Positions 56,843 through 64,000 of a stretch of DNA of 64,000 bases are shown piece by piece; the first letter of the stretch is position 1, and each line of letters starts with the position of its first letter. This DNA is from Anaerolineae bacterium (GTDB lineage Bacteria; Chloroflexota; Anaerolineae; DUEN01). The stretch lies in NCBI GenBank assembly GCA_025060615.1, contig JANXBS010000020.1, forward strand, positions 7,319-71,318, written 5' to 3'. The notes under the pieces were generated by a model. That model made no database searches. It saw nothing but the letters and a program-made list of their open reading frames with translations, and was not told where the DNA came from. A program made the translations under genes and the position numbers.

Positions 56843-58549
56843 TCACATGCGTTCGGGAGCCGTCATCCCCATCAAGCCCAGCACGCGCGCCAAGGTGATG
56901 CGCGAGGCATCCACCAGTTTGAGGCGTGCCCGGGTTAGGGCAGCATCGGCTGGGTCCGAGGAAAGCACACGACAATCGCGGTAGAAGGCGTGAAAGTTGG
57001 ACGCCAGGTCCATCGCGTAGAACGAGAGCTGGTGAGGAGCTAGCTTTTCCACAGCGCTCTCGATCACTTCAGGCAGTTCCAACATCTTGCGAATCAGCGT
57101 GAGCTCGGCGGGGTGGGTGAGCAGCGTCACGTCGCCAGTCTCCCAGCCGTCAGGGCCATCAGGCTGCCAGCCCTCTTCCTCTGCCTTGCGTAGGATCGAG
57201 CAGATGCGGGCGTGCGCGTACTGGACGTAATACACCGGGTTCTCATTGGTCTGGCGGGTGACCAAATCCAAATCGAAGTTCATAGGGCTGTCGGGCGAGC
57301 GGGTGAGCAACATGAAGCGCACCGGGTCCTTGCCGGGGATGGTCACCCCCGATTCGGGGTGGGTGATGGTTACCTCGTCCAGCAGATCGTCCAAGGTGAT
57401 GTAGTTAGCACGGCGGGTGCTCATACGCACCTGCTTCCCCTCGCGCACCAGGTTAATAAACTGATGGATCACCACCTGGATACGGTCGGCGTCGTAGCCG
57501 AGCGCCCGCACGCCCGCGATCACGTCGGGGTACTCGTCCTTGTGATCGGCGCCTAGGACGTTGATAATGCGGTGAAAGCCGCGCTCCAGCTTATTCACAT
57601 GGTAGGCGATGTCCGGCAGCCGGTATGTGGGCTCGCCGTTGGATTTAATCAGGACGCGATCTTTGTCGGCGCCGAAGGCAGTGGCCTTGAACCAGACGGC
57701 GCCGTCCTTGTCGTAGACGTAGCCGCGCTCGCGCAGGGCTTGCACTGTTTTCTGGATCGCGCTGGACGTATATAGATCGTATTCGTTGAACCACACGTCG
57801 AAGTAGATGCCCATGCGTTCCAGGGTGCGGCGGATATCGTCGAACAGCCAAGCCTCAGCGCGTTCCTTGAAAACCGGCCAGTCCTCCTCGGCCCAGGCGG
57901 TCCCCTGCTCTTCCACGATCGTCCGGGCGATCTCCCAGATGTAGTCGCCCTGATAGCCCTCTTCTGGGAACTCAGCGGGGCGCCCGATCAACTCCAGATA
58001 ACGAGCGCGCACGGATTGGCCCAGGATCTGCATCTGGCGGCCGGCATTGTTGAAATAGTACTCGCGGGTGACCTCGTATCCCGCAGCTTCCAGCAGGCTG
58101 GCGATGGTATCACCTAGCACCGCGCCCCAGGTGCGCCCAATGTGAAGGGGGCCGGTGGGGTTGGCTGAGACGAACTCCACCTGTGCCTTCTGCCCACGGC
58201 CGATGTCCAGGTTGCCCCAGGTCATGTTGGCCGCGCGGATCGTCTCTACTTGACGGGCGATCCAAATAGGCGCGAGGGTAATATTGATGAAGCCAGGGCC
58301 AGCCACGGCCACCCGGCCGATGTAGTCAGCGGGGGGCAGGTGCTGGACGATGATCTGGGCGATCCGAGGCGGGGCCATCTGGGCGGCGCGCGCCAGTTGC
58401 AATGCTACGTTGGTGGCATAATCCCCATGATCGGCCTGCTTAGGGTGTTCGACGAGGATGGTGGGTATCTCAAAGGGAGAGAGTTCACCAGCTTTCTGGG
58501 CACGACAGATGCCCTCTCGGATCAGCTCAGCGATGGCGTCTCGGATCAA
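56843..58549 (-). CDS. argS: Arginyl-tRNA synthetase
   Basis: HGDYATN, VEFVSANPTGPLHIG, EYYFNNAG.Q, DIAYH, MSTR, NPVYYVQYAHAR, MTAPERM. Confidence 0.97.
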   Translation of the reverse strand: MIRDAIAELIREGICRAQKAGELSPFEIPTILVEHPKQADHGDYATNVALQLARAAQMAPPRIAQIIVQHLPPADYIGRVAVAGPGFINITLAPIWIARQVETIRAANMTWGNLDIGRGQKAQVEFVSANPTGPLHIGRTWGAVLGDTIASLLEAAGYEVTREYYFNNAGRQMQILGQSVRARYLELIGRPAEFPEEGYQGDYIWEIARTIVEEQGTAWAEEDWPVFKERAEAWLFDDIRRTLERMGIYFDVWFNEYDLYTSSAIQKTVQALRERGYVYDKDGAVWFKATAFGADKDRVLIKSNGEPTYRLPDIAYHVNKLERGFHRIINVLGADHKDEYPDVIAGVRALGYDADRIQVVIHQFINLVREGKQVRMSTRRANYITLDDLLDEVTITHPESGVTIPGKDPVRFMLLTRSPDSPMNFDLDLVTRQTNENPVYYVQYAHARICSILRKAEEEGWQPDGPDGWETGDVTLLTHPAELTLIRKMLELPEVIESAVEKLAPHQLSFYAMDLASNFHAFYRDCRVLSSDPADAALTRARLKLVDASRITLARVLGLMGMTAPERM

Positions 58550-58603
58550 GGTGCTCTTGCCCTCCAGAGGGATTGGCTCTAATATGGGTTAGATTTGCCG
58601 TTT

Positions 58604-58646
58604 AGCGGAGCTGCCTTCCTGCTGAAAGAAGCGGCAGCGTACCGCT
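58604..58646 (-). other. Interrupted stem-loop at the 5' end of the predicted argS leader
   Basis: Nested pairings AGCGG/CCGCT, GCTGCC/GGCAGC and TTC/GAA, starting about 2 nt after the predicted +1 (58648). Confidence 0.45.
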
Positions 58647-58654
58647 TTCTGTGT

Positions 58655-58683
58655 AGTATACTGGCTTCGTATCAGCCAGGCAA
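58655..58683 (-). promoter_or_regulatory. Sigma70 promoter for argS (TTGCCT-17-TATACT) with a palindrome in the spacer
   Basis: Plus-strand AGGCAA 58678-83 and AGTATA 58655-60; CTGGCT-N7-AGCCAG at 58661-79. Confidence 0.6.
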
Positions 58684-58813
58684 GCCGCCCCCAGCCCTGG
58701 GCATATACACGATTTGTCCAGTGGGTTTTCGAGACATCTCTCGCCCATGCTGGCGAGGTGCGGAGGGCCCTTTCTCCGCATTCTATCTTTTATGCATCCG
58801 CCTCCTTGTAAGC

Positions 58814-58826
58814 TATAATTTGATCA
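58814..58826 (+). promoter_or_regulatory. -10 element giving a leaderless transcript
   Basis: TATAAT 58814-19 places +1 on the A of ATG 58826; no SD upstream. Confidence 0.6.
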
Positions 58827-59563
58827 TGCCTATTGCGGATACTCCTCTCCGGAACATTCAGCTTCTTCAGCAGGTCCGCCTCTTTCAAGACCTCAGCTCT
58901 GACGACTTGGCGATGATCATTCGAATAGCCTGGCATCGCCAGGTCGAACGCGGCTCCTTTTTCTTCCTTGAAGGTGAGCCGGCGACGCATCTCTATATCC
59001 TCACCCAAGGGCAGGTAAAGCTGGCTCAGCTTACGCCCGAAGGCCACCAGGTGATCTTGCGCTTCGCCTGTCCTGGCGAAATGTTCGGAGGCATCGCCGC
59101 CTTGGGGGCTTGGGAATATCCAGTCTCCGCCGAGGCCATGGACGATTGTCAGGCGCTGGCGTGGGATGGAGAGACGATGGCCCGACTCATGGAACAATAT
59201 CCACGCCTGGCCGTCAATGCCCTCCATCTGTTAGCTCAGCGCATTCAGGAGCTGCAAGATCGCCTCAGAGAGATGACGACAGAACGGGTAGAGCGCCGCA
59301 TTGCCCGCGCGCTGTTGAGGCTGATCCGGCAGGCGGGGCGTAAGGTGGAAGGTGGAGTGCTGATTGATCTCCCTCTCTCCCGTCAGGACCTGGCCGAGAT
59401 GACCGGCACCACCTTGTACACCGTCAGTCGAATTCTCAGCCGCTGGGAACACGAAGGCCTGATCGAGAGCGGACGAACTCGGGTCCTCGTCCGCCGTCCA
59501 CATGGCTTGGTAACCATCGCCGAAGATCTGCCCGGTGCCTCCGCTTCCGAAGAGCTCTTGTGA
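58826..59563 (+). CDS. Crp/Fnr-family regulator, NnrR/DNR-like
   Basis: cNMP-fold (GQVKL.Q...G..VIL...PGEMFGG); HTH LSRQDLAEMTGTTLYTVSRILSRW resembles the NnrR recognition helix; no FNR Fe-S cysteine cluster. Confidence 0.9.
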   Translation: MPIADTPLRNIQLLQQVRLFQDLSSDDLAMIIRIAWHRQVERGSFFFLEGEPATHLYILTQGQVKLAQLTPEGHQVILRFACPGEMFGGIAALGAWEYPVSAEAMDDCQALAWDGETMARLMEQYPRLAVNALHLLAQRIQELQDRLREMTTERVERRIARALLRLIRQAGRKVEGGVLIDLPLSRQDLAEMTGTTLYTVSRILSRWEHEGLIESGRTRVLVRRPHGLVTIAEDLPGASASEELL

Positions 59564-59589
59564 AAGATCAGGCAAATTCACCCGTTTTA

Positions 59590-59632
59590 TTTGCGCTGGC
59601 GCAAAGACCTCCTCTCTGGTTTCGGATATCTT
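59590..59632 (+). promoter_or_regulatory. NnrR-type operator TTTGCG-N4-CGCAAA plus -10 TATCTT (class II promoter of nosZ)
   Basis: Perfect palindrome 59590-59605 (centre 59597.5); TATCTT 59627-32 gives +1 at 59639, i.e. centre at -41.5. Confidence 0.8.
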
Positions 59633-59695
59633 AAAAGCGAGCAATCCTTGCGCGGTGCTCATCCTGTCCGTATCCGATCAAGGGAGGAGGTCGTG

Positions 59696-61732
59696 ATGAA
59701 GAACAGGGCCTGGCAGAGGTATCTTCCCATCGCAGTCGTCGTCGGGATCGTCGCGGTCGTTCTGGCCGCCGTGTTGCTGATCATCCGACAACCGGCGGAA
59801 GAGGCGGCAGCCCCACAGGCCACTCAACCAGTGGCGGCAAACGTATCCGGTGACGCGGCGGCCATTGCTCAGGAACGCGGGCTGACGCCTGATGATGTAG
59901 TAGCTGCGCTGAAGACTTACGTCCCCACCGGCAAGCACGATGAGTATGTCATGTTCTCCTCAGGCGGCCATTCTGGCCAAGTCTTGGTCATCGGCATCCC
60001 CTCAATGCGTCTGCTCAAGGTGCTTGGCGTCTTCACCCCAGAGCCATGGCAAGGATGGGGCTACTCTAAAGAAACCCAGGAGGTCCTAGCCGAGGGCAAC
60101 GTCAACGACCAAGCCATCACTTGGGCGGACACCCACCATCCATCTCTCAGCGAGACGGATGGCGAGTACGATGGCCAGTGGCTCTTCATCGGCGATAAAG
60201 CCAACTCCCGCGTCGCTGTCATTGATCTACGTGATTTCGAGACCAAGCAGATCGTCAAGAACCCCATCGCCATCAACGACCACGGGGGCACCTTCGTCAC
60301 ACCCAACACCGAATGGGTGGTTGAAGGCGGGCAATATGCTACGCCGCTGGGCTGGAAGTATGCCTCCATCGACGAGTATGTCCAGAGCTATCGCGGCTCG
60401 ATCACCTTCTGGAAGTTTGACCGTGAGAAGGGTCGCATCATCCCGGAGGAGTCCTTCGCGATGGAGCTGCCGCCCTATTGGCAGGACCTATGCGACGCCG
60501 GCAAGAAGGTGAGCGATGGCTGGGTCTTCTGCAACTCCTTCAACACCGAGATGGCCACCGGCGGCATCGAGGTCGGCAATCCCCCCTTTGAGGCCGGCAC
60601 CTCGCAACGGGACATGGATTACCTGCACATCATCCACTTGAAGAAGGCTGTCGAGGTGGCGGCAGCCGGCAAGACGGAACTAGTCAACGGCTTTCGGGTG
60701 ATCCCGCTCAGCACCTCCATCGCTGAGGGGTTGCTTTACTTCGCGCCGGAGCCGAAGAGTCCTCATGGCGTAGATGTGGCACCAAGTGGTGATTACATAG
60801 TTGTCGGCGGCAAGCTAGACCCGCATGTGACGGTGTACAGCTTCCAGAAGATCTTAGATGCCATCGCCAAGGAGCCAGCTGAGAGGGACCAATATGGCGT
60901 GCCCATCCTCAAGCTGGACGATGTGATGGAAGCCCAGGTCGAGCTAGGGCTGGGGCCGTTGCACACCCAGTTCGATGACAAAGGATATGCCTATACCAGC
61001 CTGTTCCTGGACAGCGCGGTGGCCCGCTGGACGCTGGGCGGCCCATACCAGGAAAAACATAGCGAGCCCGCGTGGTCGCTGGTCAGCAAGCTCCCTGTTC
61101 ATTACAACATTGGCCACCTAGCAGCCGCCGAGGGCGACACCGTCAGCCCCGATGGCAAATATCTGGTCGCTCTCAACAAGTGGTCGGTGGACCGATTTGT
61201 GAACGTGGGACCTTTGCTCCCGCAGAACTTCCAGCTTGTGGACATCTCGCAGCCGGGCGACAAACTGCAGCTCCTGTACGATATGCCCATCGGCATCGGC
61301 GAACCACACTACGCCCAGATCATCAAGGCGGACAAGCTTAAGGCATGGGAGGTCTATCCGGAGATCGGCTGGAACCCGCGCACGCAATCGAAGCATCCCA
61401 ACGCGGTAGAAGTCGGCCAGGAGCGGATCGAGCGACGCGGCAACACGGTGGAGATCTGGATGACCGCTGTGCGCAGCCACTACACGCCGGAGCGGGTGGA
61501 GGTCAAGAAGGGCGATCATGTGATCTGGCACATCACCAATGTCGAACGTGCTCGCGATGCCACTCACGGCTTTGCGCTGCCCGGGTATAACATCAACCTG
61601 AGCCTAGAGCCGGGCGAGACAGCCACCATCGAGTTTGATGCGACGCAGGATGGCGTGTTCACATACTACTGCACGGAGTTCTGCTCGGCGCTGCACCTGG
61701 AGATGGCGGGATACTTCCTGGTGCAGCCTTAG
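59696..61732 (+). CDS. nosZ: Nitrous-oxide reductase, clade II (Sec-type, no Tat motif)
   Basis: FSSGGHSGQV, DTHH, NDHGG, PKSPHG, GPLHTQFD, GHL and EPHY CuZ motifs; CuA HGF...YYCTEFCSALHLEM; start ATG 59696 (SD GGAGG). Confidence 0.97.
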   Translation: MKNRAWQRYLPIAVVVGIVAVVLAAVLLIIRQPAEEAAAPQATQPVAANVSGDAAAIAQERGLTPDDVVAALKTYVPTGKHDEYVMFSSGGHSGQVLVIGIPSMRLLKVLGVFTPEPWQGWGYSKETQEVLAEGNVNDQAITWADTHHPSLSETDGEYDGQWLFIGDKANSRVAVIDLRDFETKQIVKNPIAINDHGGTFVTPNTEWVVEGGQYATPLGWKYASIDEYVQSYRGSITFWKFDREKGRIIPEESFAMELPPYWQDLCDAGKKVSDGWVFCNSFNTEMATGGIEVGNPPFEAGTSQRDMDYLHIIHLKKAVEVAAAGKTELVNGFRVIPLSTSIAEGLLYFAPEPKSPHGVDVAPSGDYIVVGGKLDPHVTVYSFQKILDAIAKEPAERDQYGVPILKLDDVMEAQVELGLGPLHTQFDDKGYAYTSLFLDSAVARWTLGGPYQEKHSEPAWSLVSKLPVHYNIGHLAAAEGDTVSPDGKYLVALNKWSVDRFVNVGPLLPQNFQLVDISQPGDKLQLLYDMPIGIGEPHYAQIIKADKLKAWEVYPEIGWNPRTQSKHPNAVEVGQERIERRGNTVEIWMTAVRSHYTPERVEVKKGDHVIWHITNVERARDATHGFALPGYNINLSLEPGETATIEFDATQDGVFTYYCTEFCSALHLEMAGYFLVQP

Positions 61733-61734
61733 TG

Positions 61735-61790
61735 GGACAACGGACGAAGGGCGAAAGACGTTAGCCGATGGTCGTTCGCCCTTCGCCCTA
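61735..61790 (+). repeat. Heptamer-built palindromic hairpin after nosZ
   Basis: GGACAAC GGACGAA GGGCGAA AGACGTT ... GGTCGTT CGCCCTT CGCCCTA; arms 61744-59 and 61771-86 pair at 14 of 16 positions. Confidence 0.6.
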
Positions 61791-61804
61791 GGGAGGGCAG
61801 CGCT

Positions 61805-62482
61805 GTGGTGATCCGGATGGAGACGTTGGAGAAGCTCGTCGGGCCACGTACACCCGCCGAGCAGATGGCTCAGGACCGCTTACGCTATCTACTTCCCACG
61901 GTCCTTCTGGGGTTGGCGGCGTTCTGCTTGCTGGTATCCATCTTTGTGCCCTACTGGCGTATGAAGCTACTGGCCCCGCAATACCCTCGCGGGCTGCAGG
62001 TGCAGGTCTACGTCAACCGGCTAGCGGGGGACGTGCGGGAGATTGACGGGCTGAACCACTACATCGGGATGCGCCCTCTGAGCGAGGCTGCCCAATTGGA
62101 GCGCTCGTTGAGCATCTTCGTCATTGCCGTGCTCTCGCTGCTGGTGATCGCGGCCATCTATGTGCACAACCAGTGGGCAGCCCTGTTGTCGTTGCCGGCC
62201 TTGCTCTTCCCGGTCATCTTCCTAGGGGACCTTTACTTCTGGCTGTGGAACTTCGGGCAAAACCTGGACCCGAAAGCACCGCTGAGCAGCGCTATCAAGC
62301 CCTTCGTGCCGCCGGTATTGGGCGAGGGGGTGGTTGGCCAGTTTCGGACGATCGCCGCGGTAGATCGAGGGTTTTATCTAGCCCTCTTGGCCTCTGCACT
62401 CATCCTGCTCGGCCTGTATTTCCACCGGCGCGCGTATAAGCCGCTGGTGGATGCGGAGCGCCGGCGTCCGGCCGAAGGATAG
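61805..62482 (+). CDS. nosB: NosB-like 4-TM membrane protein of clade II nos clusters
   Basis: PYW.MKL.APQYP.GL...IDGLNHYIGM...GQNLDP.APL; lies between nosZ and nosD. Confidence 0.75.
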   Translation: MVIRMETLEKLVGPRTPAEQMAQDRLRYLLPTVLLGLAAFCLLVSIFVPYWRMKLLAPQYPRGLQVQVYVNRLAGDVREIDGLNHYIGMRPLSEAAQLERSLSIFVIAVLSLLVIAAIYVHNQWAALLSLPALLFPVIFLGDLYFWLWNFGQNLDPKAPLSSAIKPFVPPVLGEGVVGQFRTIAAVDRGFYLALLASALILLGLYFHRRAYKPLVDAERRRPAEG

Positions 62483-62486
62483 TGGT

Positions 62487-64000
62487 ATGGAATGGCCTCT
62501 GCGCCTGACTCTGTCCGCATGGATCCTCTTATGCTGGCTCTGGCCGGCGCCGGTGCTGGCTGCTCTAGGGCCATGGCAGCCCCTCGTTGTCTCGCCGCAG
62601 GGGCCGTATACAACGCTGACCGAGGCCCTGGCCGTGGCCCAGGACGGCGATACCATCGAGGTGCATGGAGGGAGCTACTCTGGCCCCCTGACCGTTGACC
62701 GACGCCTCGCGCTCATCGGCTACAATTGGCCGGTGATTGACGGCGGCGGGCGGGGCACGGTGGTCAAACTGGCCGCGTCGGGCATCGTGTTTCGAGGCTT
62801 CGTGGTCCGCAACAGCGGCGACTCGTTAGAGGAGGAGAACTCCGGCATCGCCGTGGAAGCGCCTGAGGTTGTCGTCGAGGGCAATCGGCTGGAAGGGACG
62901 CTGTTCGGTATTTACCTGAGCCGCGCCCATGGCAGCTTGATCCTGGGCAATATGATCCAGAGTAAGGACCTGCCCCTGCCACGCCGGGGCGACGCGATCC
63001 GCATCTGGTATAGCGACGGCGTGCGCATTGAGGGGAACACGGTGGAGCGTGGCCGGGATGCCGTTCTCTGGTACTCGGAGGGCCTGGTCCTGCGCGGCAA
63101 CACGCTCCGAGGCGGGCGGTATGGCCTGCACTTCATGTACTGCGACGATGCCTTAATCGAAGGAAACGTCATCACTGACAACTCAGTGGGCGTATTTTTG
63201 ATGTATAGCCGCCGCCTACACCTGCGCCGCAACATCCTGGCCCATAACCGGGGTCCCAGCGGCTACGGCATCGGCCTCAAGGACATGGACGACGTAGTGA
63301 TCGAGGAGAACCTGCTGTTGGATAACCGCGTGGGGGCCTTCCTGGACAACTCGCCGCGGGAGATCGAGAGCATCGGCTTGTTCCGCCAAAACGTATTCGC
63401 CTTCAACGATATCGGCATCAGCCTACTGCCGTCGGTACGTCGCAACCATTTTGTGGAGAATAGCTTCATGGAGAACCAGGAACAGGTAGACGTGGCCGGC
63501 GGCGGGCAACTGGAAGGAGACCTGTGGACGGTGGACGGGCGCGGCAATTACTGGAGCGACTATGCCGGTTTTGACGCGGACGGCGATGGAGTGGGAGATG
63601 TGCCCTACCGGGCCGAGCGGTTGTTCGAGAGCCTGATGGGTCGGCATCCGGAGCTGAGGTTGTTCCTCTACAGCCCAGCGGCCCAGGCGGTGGACTTTGC
63701 CGCTCGCGCGTTCCCACTGGTCAAGCCACAGCCGAAGTTGACCGATGACCGCCCGTTGATGGCGCCGGTGATCCCAGAGGGGCTTCCTGCACTGCCTCAA
63801 CCCTCACGCCAGCCGCTGGGGATCGCCTCAGTCGGCCTGCTGGCGGTGACGGCGACGTTGACCCTCCTCGCGCGCCGCACGGCTGACCTTCTCCTCGTCC
63901 GCCGTTCGTCGCCCATCATCCGTTACCCCCAGTCAGAACGGGAGGCTATGGTACATGTGCGCGATCTGACCAAGCGGTTTGGCCCTCTGGTGGCCGTGGA
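62487..64000 (+). CDS. nosD: NosD copper-insertion protein continuing in frame through a TM helix into a NosF-like ABC ATPase N-terminus (3'-truncated)
   Basis: Absent from the ORF track because it has no stop in the window. Manually translated and open from ATG 62487 to 64000: signal peptide, beta-helix, RYGLHFMYC, GNYWSDYAGFDADGDGVGDVPY, TM 63816-63872, then MVHVRDLTKRFGPLVAV. Confidence 0.9.
   Translation, partial: MEWPLRLTLSAWILLCWLWPAPVLAALGPWQPLVVSPQGPYTTLTEALAVAQDGDTIEVHGGSYSGPLTVDRRLALIGYNWPVIDGGGRGTVVKLAASGIVFRGFVVRNSGDSLEEENSGIAVEAPEVVVEGNRLEGTLFGIYLSRAHGSLILGNMIQSKDLPLPRRGDAIRIWYSDGVRIEGNTVERGRDAVLWYSEGLVLRGNTLRGGRYGLHFMYCDDALIEGNVITDNSVGVFLMYSRRLHLRRNILAHNRGPSGYGIGLKDMDDVVIEENLLLDNRVGAFLDNSPREIESIGLFRQNVFAFNDIGISLLPSVRRNHFVENSFMENQEQVDVAGGGQLEGDLWTVDGRGNYWSDYAGFDADGDGVGDVPYRAERLFESLMGRHPELRLFLYSPAAQAVDFAARAFPLVKPQPKLTDDRPLMAPVIPEGLPALPQPSRQPLGIASVGLLAVTATLTLLARRTADLLLVRRSSPIIRYPQSEREAMVHVRDLTKRFGPLVAV

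Noticed and set aside
58550-58810. T-box riboswitch upstream of argS
   Set aside because: No T-box consensus, specifier stem or terminator U-tract on the minus strand.
58595-59695. ORF-track starts at 58595 (regulator) and 59591 (nosZ)
   Set aside because: The extensions overlap promoter elements and the operator; ATG 58826 and ATG 59696 fit the -10 and SD positions.
111-63800. The many short overlapping ORFs in the six-frame track
   Set aside because: They are antisense or alternate-frame shadows of well-supported genes in GC-rich DNA; Arg/Pro/Ala-rich with no recognisable motifs or SD.
1-64000. CRISPR array, tRNA, rRNA, IS or integrase
   Set aside because: No regularly spaced 25-45 bp repeats with spacers, no cloverleaf or rRNA signature, and no transposase/integrase motifs seen.
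63941-64000. nosF as an independent gene
   Set aside because: It is in the same open frame as nosD with no intervening stop, and GGAGG is only 2 nt from ATG 63948. Kept only as a possible internal start.

Overview
A GC-rich bacterial window that looks like Chloroflexota (Anaerolineae-like); this is inferred from the protein families, not confirmed. About 28 kb (11 genes) encodes multi-pass GT-C-fold-like membrane glycosyltransferases. These include DUF2298/Chlor_Arch_YYY, TIGR03663-like, DUF2079, GT87-like, PMT/ArnT-like and PTPS-related types, and five of them carry a shared ~120-aa C-terminal module (9 copies). Also present: a CUT1 sugar ABC cluster, a rhamnose-type CUT2 ABC operon interrupted by a ferritin-VIT1 gene, citrate synthase, galK, mltG, a membrane-anchored Mrr-type nuclease, a UvsE fusion protein, an ECF sigma/anti-sigma pair, serA, a SpoIID-domain surface protein, an AAC(3)-family acetyltransferase and argS. 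The window ends in a clade II N2O-reduction locus: a leaderless NnrR-like regulator, an NnrR-type box at -41.5, nosZ, nosB, and an apparent in-frame NosD-TM-NosF fusion running off the end. Degenerate 7- and 8-bp tandem repeats have invaded the membrane-protein genes. No rRNA, tRNA, CRISPR array or transposase was seen. Family assignments come from motif recognition without database searches. Several starts were moved downstream of the ORF-track starts based on SD sequences, promoters or gene overlaps.
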